This document shows positions 1-12,000 of a DNA stretch of 42,953 nucleotides, one piece after another. The position numbers were made by a program, and so were the translations under genes. The DNA is from Nemertoderma westbladi (Eukaryota; Animalia; Xenacoelomorpha), in NCBI GenBank assembly GCA_032718475.1, contig JAUCBJ010008028.1, forward strand, positions 1 to 42,953, given 5' to 3'. Under the pieces are notes generated by a model. That model ran no database searches. It worked only from the letters and a program-made list of their open reading frames with translations, and was not told the DNA's origin. The first letter of the stretch is position 1, and each line of letters begins with the position of its first letter.

Positions 1-4
1 GTCG

Positions 5-853
5 ATGGAAATCTATTGTGCATATTGTCGGCTTAATAATTTGCACATTTTTGCTGTCTGCCCCCAATTTATGACTCAATGCCATCATTGTCAATTAAAA
101 GGACACGCCAGCTTTGATTGCCCCTTCAACCATGATTTAGAGAGCGTAGATGAAATGATTGTACTACGTTATATCAGAGCTTGGGAAGCGAACGCTGATT
201 TACATTGTGATTCACGCCATCGCTATTATCCTGGACGCGCCTACGAAGGAGTTTATGCGTTCCATCCATATTTGTTTGCCTCCGTCGAGCAGAAATCGCG
301 CCTATCAAGTTATGAACTATTGAAGCGCGTTGGAGAATGTATTTCAACCAAATATGTACGCAAATTCCTCAGGAGCATTAATCCGAGTGACATCCATTCT
401 TACAACTTAATAAACTTTATCCGTCAAGACCCTGCCTATGGAGACTTATTCGTCAACTCACACCCTGAGTTACAAGAAGTATATCGACGGCCTTACGAGT
501 ACCGAGCCCGCGAACGCGAGTTGGAAAGAACCATTAAACCAAGGAAGTTTCTAACTACCTATGGTCCACCCACGGCCCTCGTGCAGACCACTCGTACAGG
601 ACCCGTAAGAGCGGCTGTCTTGAAACGAGCTCTCAAAGCCGTTAGACCCCTCTCCCCGGACGTTGAGGTCAATCAACCCGGTACTTCGACCGGCGGATAT
701 ACCGATCGCAATCCCATACCTTCTGATGCAATCATATTGCACCCTTCACCCAGGAGTTATAGCCCTCCTCGTAAAGTGGCTCGCCCCAAAGAGAAAAGGA
801 CTCTTGCTAGCTTTAAAAAACTGCGTAAACGCCGTCCGCGCAAGAAAGACTAA
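5..853 (+). CDS. CCHC zinc-knuckle (Gag-like) ORF, probably retroelement-derived, possibly 5'-partial
   Basis: CHHCQLKGHASFDC is C-X2-C-X4-H-X4-C, preceded by a C-X2-C-X5-H-X4-C variant; basic tail KKLRKRRPRKK; frame is open to the window edge. Confidence 0.55.
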   Translation: MEIYCAYCRLNNLHIFAVCPQFMTQCHHCQLKGHASFDCPFNHDLESVDEMIVLRYIRAWEANADLHCDSRHRYYPGRAYEGVYAFHPYLFASVEQKSRLSSYELLKRVGECISTKYVRKFLRSINPSDIHSYNLINFIRQDPAYGDLFVNSHPELQEVYRRPYEYRARERELERTIKPRKFLTTYGPPTALVQTTRTGPVRAAVLKRALKAVRPLSPDVEVNQPGTSTGGYTDRNPIPSDAIILHPSPRSYSPPRKVARPKEKRTLASFKKLRKRRPRKKD

Positions 854-1129
854 CTGTTTAGAGTATTTTTATATTTTAGAAACTGTGATTTTGTATATTT
901 TATAGACTTAAATCCCATTTTCTGGGAGCGGTGTAAAAGCTTTTGTGGGATAACTGATACGTTTGCCTTTGCTGGCCAGTTCCCCCCCAGGCGCTGGAAT
1001 ACTCTAAAAGGGTTCTCTGACTGTATATATATTCCCCTCGCCCGCAAGGTACCTTTACAGGTGTTTTAACGGACATAAAAGTAATTCTGCTATATACGTG
1101 TTTTGGCGGACATGGTAAGGCAAAAAACC

Positions 1130-1640
1130 TGTAATGCACCAACTACCTTTCACAGCTTAGCCGTGATGATTCATATTACGACATCTAACAGCTGGTTGCT
1201 GACATGGAAACATCCATTGGACGCATAGTTCTTTGTTTGGCTTGAGCCAATCAGAGCGATTTTTCCTGTCGACGTGTAGCTTTTCTGCCGATCATAAGGA
1301 GAGTGTTCAGTCTTACTGTCTTTACTTGTTACTTTGTTGTTATTGCTGTCTAAGCCAGAAACACCGGCATTTTGGGAAGAACTCTAGTAAACTGCTTGAA
1401 TTATCGAAAGTATAAACTGTTACCGAAACAAATCTTAATTAATTAATCAATCAAATCGAAAGACAGCATTAACTCACTTAATTTAATTGCATTAATCATA
1501 TTGTTTGTACTGTTATTTTACCGTCAGTTATTAATTGTACCTATTTGTTGATGGAAATATTGTTATTTGGATAATACGGATAAATCACCCAAATTCCCAA
1601 TTTTCTTGATACACTACAGGTTAGAGAGACCGGCTATACA
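1130..1640 (+). mobile_element. Possible LTR
   Basis: TGTA...TACA ends, a purine-rich run just upstream, internal CCAAT and TATAAA; follows the knuckle ORF. No second copy in the window. Confidence 0.25.
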
Positions 1641-2159
1641 TAACAATTGCGATTTATATTAATATGGTGTGTATTGAATCCAATGTTATTTAGCAGACCC
1701 TACGTGAGTCAATTACTGCTCTCTTTATGTGTGATCAAATATACTGACTGTCGGCAGAATAGTGTGTATGATTGTGATTGGTAACAAAGTATTTCCTAAA
1801 GAATACGCTTTATACTTCAATCATAAGCAGTATCGTTGCGTTTAGTATAAGTCTTAGTTCTGTTTAAATAGATAAAGCGCCACGTCCTAAAGGAACTGTT
1901 AATATTTCCCGAAAGCCCATAATATCTGTCAGAGATTAATTATTAACGATCTATCGAATAATACATTAAGTTTACACTGCAACCTTACACTGTAATAATA
2001 CAATTCAAGCATCCGAATTCAGTCTCCCGGGTGTAGATCCATCGGGTGAATGATCGCGCATGGGCTGACTTCGGCTAATGTTTTGCGTATTAGCATAAAA
2101 TATTGTCGTATGCTAAAGTGGTTTTAATTAACTAGAAGACATATAAATTTTGGCAGGTT

Positions 2160-2970
2160 AAACTGCTAAAGGTCTACAAAAGCGCGAACAGAACGGCTTA
2201 ACCATAAACAAAAGTCTCTCCTGATCGCACCATATCAGCGAACGAATAAGAAAGGCTACCGAAATGCTCCATACATTGAAGTGCTGTTCGTCAACACAGT
2301 TATCAACATCTGCAAAGCTAGACGCTTACAAAACTCTAATCGTCCCAATCGCAACCTTCGCATCACAATGCTGGTACGCCAACCACAAGGGCACTCTCAC
2401 AATAGCGCAGTTACAACATCGTTAAACAAGATGGAATCTCAATTCCTTCTTTCCGCACTCAAGCTACTGCCGCTATCAATATATCTACAACTGTACGACC
2501 TCCTTCTACTATCGGCTATTCTCAACAAGAAGTACGAATTCAACTGGCAGCCTTACATTAAACTATCTTCCAACAGTACAACCCGCACCTCGACCCGCCC
2601 CCCGCAGCTGTTCATTCTACCCTTACTTCGCCACTCTTCATCGACCTGTAATTTCTGGTGCCGCTCGCAACGACTAGCCAACCACCTGCCTGCAACAATA
2701 AACTTTCTCACCCTGTTGGAATCAAACAACGTCTGTCGCTACTATTCTGGAACCTTTTCACGACAAATACAACGAACACTCACCCTGCACTTGGATATTC
2801 GCCAGCTCTTGCTCCAACAGCCTTCCTGTAAAGCCCGATCTCCAACGTTTCTACCACTAAACTCTACTGACAAACTCTATTGTAGGACTACGTATTTTGG
2901 TTACGGGTTCACACCCATCAAGTGCACACAGCTCTTGTAAATTCTATTATTATTATTATTATTATTAAAC
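2160..2970 (+). mobile_element. Degenerate 3' fragment of a CR1/L2-like LINE
   Basis: LKLLPLSIYLQLYDLLLL...TR...NFWCRSQRLANHLP resembles the LINE ORF2 C-terminus; frameshifted; ends in a (TTA)n tail at ~2946-2968. Confidence 0.7.
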
Positions 2971-3000
2971 CTTCCAACTGGTCCTTCAATTAATACAAAC

Positions 3001-6000
3001 CTTCCTCCCAGTTCACTAGAAACAGTATCCAATTGGTCCTTTAGTTGGTCCAACAATGAGTGGAATCGGGTTTGCACATCAGACTCCTGTTTCTCGATGA
3101 CAGATGAGGTCTCAGCATCGCCAAGCCATCCAATCAGAGACCTGCTGGAATCGCTAACATCATCCAGCATGCCAATATTATCTTCAAGCTTTCTCTAAAA
3201 AATAAATAATACTAAGTTTAAATAGTGGATTTATGCATCCTATTGATATTATTATTCTTACGTGATTTTACTTTTGATGAATTTGAAAAGTTCATAAAAA
3301 ATTTTGTGGTCACCTGGAGTAGAAGGAGTTTATTTTGTTTATCTTCGAGTTGATCCTTATTCAGAGTCTCTACAGATTTGGCATCAACTTGATTATCAAC
3401 CTGGTCAACAAGCTCTCTGGCCACCCCCAATGTTTCCTTGTATCTGTTCCATAAGTCTACAGATTCATCTAATCGAGATTGTCTGCGATTAAGTTTAGTC
3501 CGTAATCCATGACATTTATCCTGCAAAGTAAACAATATGTATCAAAGGGAAGTTTTAACTAAGTTATTGTTATCTAAAATTTGATCACATTAATTAGTTT
3601 CAAGCACTAATATATAGGGGTTATTCCTAGCTGGAAGGCGCTATCAGGAAATCAAGCTGGGGTGATAATGGTAACAATTTATATATTTTCAACAAATACT
3701 AAACGCAGTCTTTAAATTCACTCTTCAATTAAAATATTTCAAATGAATTGATATATTATATCGAAATATCATAAATGTGAGTATTTCACGACAAACTAAC
3801 CTCTAAGTCTCTGATTTCATTATCAATTATCCTTCTACTAGTATCATCAGCGTCTTCACGTAAACTTTGTATATCATTAAGCGTTTCCTCACAAGCATTA
3901 AGCTCTGAGATCATAAATGCATTCTCCTGTAGTTTTCGTTCTGCATCATGGATTCCATTTTGATCAAAATCTGACTTTTCTAAAACAAAATTATATGTTA
4001 CAATCTAATTAATTCGTGTCGATTTCATACATAATTCGCATAGGCAGTAAGCAGATGCCATATCTGTTCATACCACGCATAAATAGAGAGCTACTTAGTT
4101 AAACATGCTGTAATAATTCACAGCCTTTGTCCTTATGTACTTCCTGGGGATTTACTTGAAGTGACATCAACAGATATTATATTGAATATTATATTGAATA
4201 AGACACGAAACTTGGCAGGTTTCATCAAAACCTGTTGTAACTCCAGCTGAGCCCACTAGCCTATTATATTGTCTACCAGTACAGTAACTCCTATTCATTC
4301 TGTGTTACTTCCTGGAAAGCGGCTGAGGTGCTTGGAGTTTATTACATCAGTACTTTATTTGTTTTATTAACTTTATTTAACTTATTTGTTCAAAATATAG
4401 AAAGTATTTTTAGCAACGTATAATATTGTTATATATTTTACATGTATATATATATACCGGTTTACTAATATATTAATTATATTTATATTCATTTATTTTT
4501 ATGATAGTAATCAAGAAATCAAGGAAAATACTAGTACTGAAATACCTTAAAAAAAATAAAAATAAATAAATATATAAATAATAAATTTAACTTAAATTTA
4601 AAATTGAATGTAAATAATAAATAAAATTAAAATATAATATAATATCAATATCAATATAAATAATTAAAAATAAAATAAAATATGCAAGGTATATATACCG
4701 GTAATACGGTATAATAAATATAGTTCAGTTTTATATCATTGGTTTGCACGTAGCAATTTTAATAAGTAAATAAAAGGAAAGATATTACAGTCGGTTGGAT
4801 AAAGTAATATATATGGATATAGTAGACCTGTGCAGCACTGACCCGTACCCTGGGGATGACTCACTGTTCCAATTAGAAGAATTTCAGATGAACCAACATG
4901 ATATATCTACAAGCGGTTGCGATATTGAATTTAATGAATCCCACAAGGAATTTACGATAGAGAATATGAAAGAGGCAAGTCCGTTTATTTGTTATGTTTA
5001 TGATAAGCGTATACGGGAACCATTTTGAATTGAGGGGTTTGCCCCCTTCGCAAATTCGCCCCCTCCTCCTAATAAAAAATTTAAAAGTAATATTTAAAAA
5101 ATGTTTTAATAATGTGGCTATGTTAATATTTTTATGTTGATACAAAATAATGAAGATATGGGGGGGGGGGGGGGGGGGGGCACGGAACTACCTATATTAA
5201 AATGTGCATCAGGGGGCGCAGCCACATTCCCGAAAGAAAGTGGGGAGGGGGGGGGGATAAAATAATTTTAAGTGAATAGGATACCCCCCCCCCCCCCGCG
5301 CTACAACGTATTTATTCACGAGTGCAGAAAGATAAATAAATGCCGAAATTCCGTATTTTTATTTGTGCTGGGCCAGACAGAACGATCTTGGTCTAGTCTA
5401 GACTAAGCCTTATCTAAATTAGATTACAAATTTATTGCAATTTTGTTTCTTCTATTATTAGATACGACAGGTGATTATAAATGGGAACCTTGAAGACGCG
5501 TTATCCTTGTGTCCGCGACAGGGTTATCGCGGTGTATTGGCCAGTCAGGGGCATTTACTTCGTGCTGAGACATTATTCGGGAGAGGAGATTACAAGGAGG
5601 CTGGTTGCAGCATTCTAGAATGCAGAGAAATGAGCGAGATTGAAGAAGGCTCAGACCTGGCGAGCATGTGGATATTAGGAGGTACGGAAAATTTAAGATA
5701 TTGTTATAATTTTTTTTATAAGATGTGTTAGATAATGCATATTATATAATTATTTATAATGCAGTAGTATTTAATTATTTTGTATTTATTGGAGGTATTG
5801 GATTTTATATTGTAGGAAAGATCTTTCATGCACTCGGAATACCTTTGCACGCTGAACTTTGGCTTAGACGAGGTATTCGAATGGGCAAAGGTGATAATAA
5901 AGAAGACAAAGTTATGTTCCAAAAAATTCGAACAAAGCGAATGTACGAACCCCTTACTAAAAATCTACCAATCACAGTGGAGTTTGGTCGCCATGGAAAG

Positions 6001-9000
6001 GTGTGTTTTTTTCATAAACAATTCTTTCTACGTTCTAACCCAATATGCAGCGTAGAGTCTTTTAATTAAAATGCATTTTTTTTACATTTAATAAACTATT
6101 AACTATATTAAATCTAATTTTCGTTGCTGATTGTCTCTAGGGTATTCTTAGCAAAAATAGTTACGACGATAACGTGGAATTAATGACGGAATTACCTCTG
6201 GTAAGCGCAATCACGTTGTCAACAGAAAAACATCCCGCCTGTCAGCATTGTGCGAAATCGCTTCTGTCCGTGAAAGATTATTTCGGAGCGGATAGGATGA
6301 AAAAAATGACCTCGAGAGAGCGTCAGTTAGTAAACAGGGCGTGGCCCTCCATTAATACCGTGACGTGCAGTCACTGCGAGATGGAATGTTACTGTTCAGT
6401 GGGATGCCGCTACGAGGCGTGGGACAACTACCACTGTCTGTTATGTCCATCTGGGAACCCAGCAGCAGAGAAACTGTTCCAGTTGTGTTTGAAAGGGGAG
6501 CCCGTTACCCATGGTTACTGGAGGGACGTGTTTTCTCCGATGATGATAGCCAAGTAAGTTCAGTTGATATTCTAGAATTGGGACTCTATAGCGGGAAAAA
6601 ATGGCAATTTGAATAGTTTGCGATTATCTTTGTAGCGCCGCTTCTACCTTTCTATTTAGGATGATCGCTCAAATTATGACAACCGCGAAACGTTTGTGTA
6701 TTAAACGTTCAATGAAAGAACCAGACTGCGCGATCTGGGGAGAAGCAAAAGCGCCATACCGTCAGTTTATAGCCTACGGAACGAAAGGTTAGTTTACCGA
6801 TGTCACGTTTTTTAGTTCTTTTATTAGCAAATTAGTCTTCAAATGGTATCCCGGTCCCGGAAAAAATTGTATCACGGAAAAACTGCAATCATGTTCACTG
6901 TTAAGTCCCCGATTTTTGGGGTCGGGATCCCGAAGTTTAAATTGTGATATTATCCCATTCGTATTCGTTAAAATGTAATTAAAATTTTATACAATTTAAA
7001 TCGAAGATATAAGACGCGCAGAGCGCACAATGATTTGATTAATGTTGATAAATAAATAACATGGCAAAGAAGAAAATATCCTCAGCAATTTCTTAACTAA
7101 ATTCAATTGATTTTATAGAATTTAAATACTTTTAAATCCACTTCCATCGGTACCAAATCACGAAAGGGAGGGGTGTAATGCAACAGGAGAGATATTGTAT
7201 ATCAAAATTATTCAATTAATCAAATAATTCAATTACTGAAATAGCGCTAATAGATTATGGAGACATATTTATCTTTCAAACATTTGTAAAACAAAGTTTG
7301 CATGCAAAAGTTACATTTCTGACCAACTAAATCAAATATTGAGAGGCTTTAGAAACTAAACTATTTATATTCCATTTTTAAAAAATGATTTAAAGTGTTA
7401 AGTTGAATCACAATGAATTCAACACGCGTAATATTTGTTTACTAACCGACTTTTTCACTTAGTTAACTTTTAGTTTTGTCTTTAATTTTTTTTAGAAATT
7501 GCCCGAAAAAAAAACTAAAAAAAAAACGTTCTAAAAAACGTAAAAGTTTTGTATTAAAGCATACCTGACAAACTCAGTAGGGAAATTGCAAACATATTCA
7601 AATATATAAGGAAAGACATCTATAAAATAGAAATGTCATTAAATTTGTAAACAAAAATGACAAACCAATGTTGGCCAATAAATGCAAATACGTTTCAACC
7701 ATAACCAAAGTTTAATTTTTAAACTTTTAAATTATAATAACATTTATATATTGGTATCCAATTGAACACATTATGTGCAAACCTCATAATATAATATATT
7801 ATACTAAACATTGAGTTTCTAATGCAACCCGTTATTACGCTATTCTAGAATCTCATAAAAGTAACTGACAAAAATCGCAATTCAGCCCGAAATCGAACGC
7901 AACGTAACAAATTTGTGTAAAAAAGTAACAAAAATATACTTTTAAGCAAAAAAACCTTCTTGTAAGATACAAAAAATAAACGCAATGTCTACTGTAGCTC
8001 GCGAGGTTATGTCCGTTCATGTTGGACAATGCGGATCGCAAGTTGGGAATGCCTGCTGGGAGTTGTTCTGCATGGAACATGGAATAGAACCCAATGGTAA
8101 GATTGCCAACGACAATAAAGTAGTTGACAATTCCTTCCAGACGTTCTACAATGAGACGGCTGCAGGTCAATACGTTCCAAGGGCTCTCTTCGTCGACTTG
8201 GAACCCACAGTAATCGATGAAATCCGAACTGGCACCTACAAAGCTCTCTACCACCCGGAGCAACTGATCACAGGCAAAGAGGACGCGGCAAACAATTACG
8301 CAAGGGGCCACTACACCGTCGGGAAAGAGTTGATAGACGTGCTACTGGACAGAATCCGTAAAAGCGCAGAGGGTTGTTCAGGCCTTCAAGGGTTCATGGT
8401 GTTCCACAGCTACGGAGGAGGAACCGGTTCAGGTTTCACCTCGTTGATGTTGGAACGGCTCGCCATCGACTACGGGAAGAAATCAAAGTTCCATCTGCCG
8501 ATTTATCCATCGCCGGAGATTTCTACGGCGGTAGTGGAGCCGTACAACTCGGTCCTGACGACCCACTGCACTATGGAGAACGCGGACTGCGCCTTCCTCC
8601 TAGACAACACCGCGTGCTATGAGATCTGCCAGAAGAATCTCGACGTGGAGCGGCCCACCTACTCGAACCTCAACCGACTCATCGTCCAGGTCGTCAGCGC
8701 GCTCACCTCGTCGCTCCGTTTCGAGGGCTGCCTCAACGTGGACCTCTGCGAGTTCCAGACCAATCTGGTGCCCTACCCGCGGATCCACTTCCCGCTGGCG
8801 TCCTACGCGCCCATCCTCTCCAACGAGAAGGCCCATCACGAGCAGATGACCATCCACGAGATCACCTCCAAGTGCTTCGATCGCGAAAACCAAATGATCA
8901 AAGTCGACACTCGGGCCGGTAAGTTCATGGCTTGTTGCATGTTGTACCGCGGAGACATTGTCCCTAAGGACATCAACGCCGCCATCAACTTCATGAAAAA

Positions 9001-12000
9001 CAAAGCAGACGTTAAATTCGTGGATTGGTGTCCCACCGGGTTCAAAGTCGGTATCAACTTCCAGCCGACTACCATAGTACCCGGAAGCGAAATGGCCAAG
9101 ACTCAGCGCTCGGTGTGCATGCTGACGAACACGACGGCGTTGATGGACGTCTGGAGTCGACTGAACACCAAGTTCGATATGATGTACGCGAAACGCGCCT
9201 TTATACATTGGTACGTGGGAGAGGGGATGGAGGAAGGGGAGTTCAGCGACGCGAGGGAAGACATGGCCGCGTTGGAGCGAGACTACGAGGAGGTTGGGCT
9301 GGACACCGTCACTGTTCAAGATGAATATGAGGAAGCCTAGAAGGAGATGGAAGAAAGAAAGAAATTTGTGTTGTCAAGTAAACTTACCAGAAACGCTTTG
9401 AAACTGAATAATAATTTACTATTCTTTTTACTGTAGACAATAAATATATGCAATCGTGTTAAATGTACCGAGGTACTCTCATAAACAAAAAGTAACTTGC
9501 ATCTTTGTGTCGTAGTTTAATATATAAATATGTTTAAAAAAACAAGAGTTTATTCAATAAAATATTCTTATTTATCTGCCATCTTGTTGATGAGCTGGTG
9601 TGGGAAGGGTGGGAAGGAGAGGGAGGGGGGGGGGGGGGGGTTGGGAGGGGTTGATTGGGTGGTCAGGTAAACAGTGCCCAGCAAGCATTAGGCGGCGTCT
9701 CTGCAGGGTGATGCTGGGTATCGGCAGTTAGAGTCCAACACAGGCTCCAATGCTGGACGGAAAAGGAGTAACTTTAAAGAGCATGATATATCACAGATGT
9801 TCCAGGTCCTAGAAAGCTGGTGGATGGCAGACCAGGCTTCACCATACCTGCTAGCTTAAATAGCATAAGGTGGTGCATCTAAAAATTTAGGGACCTTGTA
9901 TTTTTTAAGAACTGGATTCTTTCATTTTACCGCCGCGAAATTATTTATAAAAATATCAAATCTCACTTGTTATACACCGATTGTCATGAAACAAGGATGT
10001 AAATGTTGTTTCAAATTTTCAATTTCATCAATTCTATTTTGTACGGTTTTGATAACTATATCTAATCTAACAAATGTTATACAAAAAAATATTCTAGAAC
10101 ATTCATTGGATTTATATTAAAAAGCAAACTTATATGAGAACATTTTAAACACTCAAATAAGCAAATAGTAGCTAGTATCAAAGAAATAGAAACAATATAA
10201 ATTACTTAATAAGACAGAATGTATTATACGAAATAAGGATTCAATTTTCACTACTAATAATTGTATTGTAAATTGTCTTATAATTTTTCCAGGTGTAACT
10301 GAATGGGCCTGCGACATGGTCACTCTAATGACTGAAATTTTCTCCAACACTTCTGTCCTCGGGTTTTCCTATCCAATGACATCCACGGAATTCCAAGGTC
10401 GTTACTACCAAATTGCTTGTAATTGTCAAGCTTTCGCCGATCCAAACCCTCCCATACGAGAGTTCGTGGAAAAGCTGAAAACGGAAGGGACCTTCGACAA
10501 ACTTAGTCATCTTATCACAACCGAACCACCGGAAGCCAGCTTCGGGGGTTTATTCCCGGTCCACTCGTGTTTCAATCACTCCTGCGATAACTCCGTGGAA
10601 GTTTATGACCAACTAGTCGACGGACGTCCCGGCATATCGGTGCGAACACGGAAACCAGTTCGCCAAGGCGACGAACTTTATTTGGCGTACATCGATACAA
10701 CCATTCCGCGGGTCAGACGTCGACTCTGGTTGTACATGGGGTACAATTTCTTTTGCGAATGTCTTAGATGTCGCTTCGAAGGGGATGATTCGTCGTCCTG
10801 CACGCATTGCGGAGCTAAGGTGTCAGATAAGCAGAAAACTCATTTGGTTAACAATATTGACGAAACCAAAAATGCTTCCTGCGATTCTCAATTGACTAAC
10901 AATATTGATGAGAAATCGCCGCAGTCCTTTCAAGGTTGCAGCGAGTGTAAACGTGCGTGGTACTGCAGCAAGTCATGTCAAACGAAAAACTGGAAGAAAG
11001 GCCATAAACTGGTGTGCAAGATGAAGCATTCATGCACCAGTAGCCCCGTCAATGAAGTTCTCAACGATAGTAAACGCATTGAAATACTTGCAAACGTTAT
11101 GGCAAGAATGAAGGCAATGGAAACGAATGATTAACGTTTAAAGAGCAGTTTGTAGAGTTACAACGACAGATCCAGAAATATGTTGGGTTTTTGGGCCTCT
11201 AAGGGCAAGGATAAGGTTGAAAGGGCATGAGGTGCAATTAAATATATTTTAAATCATTAAATGTACAGTATTATATTATTGCATGTGATATGATATGTAA
11301 GAATGGAATAAACAAGTCATGTAGATGAAGAATAAGTACTGTTGTAATTGAACAATGATGTTTGCCAGTCCCTGTATCTGACAAACCATTCGTTTGCTAT
11401 TATTTATCTTAATTAAACCAAAACTCGACGACTTTATGAATTCAACTACGTATTTCGACCACCAGCCGACTGTCAATCATCAATCTACATTAAATGTGTC
11501 GAATTTTTTTTACTGATTATTCTAAATTTTCTTTCTCATATTCTAAAACGAATGCGCATTGTAAGGTAATGTACTATAAAGTTATTCACAAATTATAAAA
11601 CCACACAGTACCCTACTAGAGATACAATTATAGTTAGTTCTAGTACACCTTGGCTACAAAGGAATCCAATCTAAAAATCAGAAATAAACATGTTGAAAAA
11701 ATTAACCGTAATGGTGTAGTTTTCTTCAATAATAGGAATCTTAATGATTTCGTTTTGTAGTGAAATATTCGCCGCATCGGTTTAGTTTCGAAATTATTAA
11801 AATGACACACAACGTGTGGGTGGATCAACTATTTCCAGTATTAGGCCTAATAGCCCTTTATTTATAGTAAACATGCGATACTATAATACCGTAATGTACA
11901 CGTTTACAGACGCTGACTAATGTAAAAACTTTTACATACTTGTGTGTAAAGTAGCACTTTACAGTGTTATGATCCGAGTGGCTTTGTTACACGAACGAAC

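Noticed and set aside
5160-5300. Poly-G/poly-C runs as specific regulatory elements
   Set aside because: Such runs recur across the window in repeats, and homopolymer lengths are unreliable.
8374-9324. Overlapping and antisense ORFs on tubulin (likewise on 28810-30841)
   Set aside because: Shadow ORFs of GC-rich coding sequence with no recognisable motifs.
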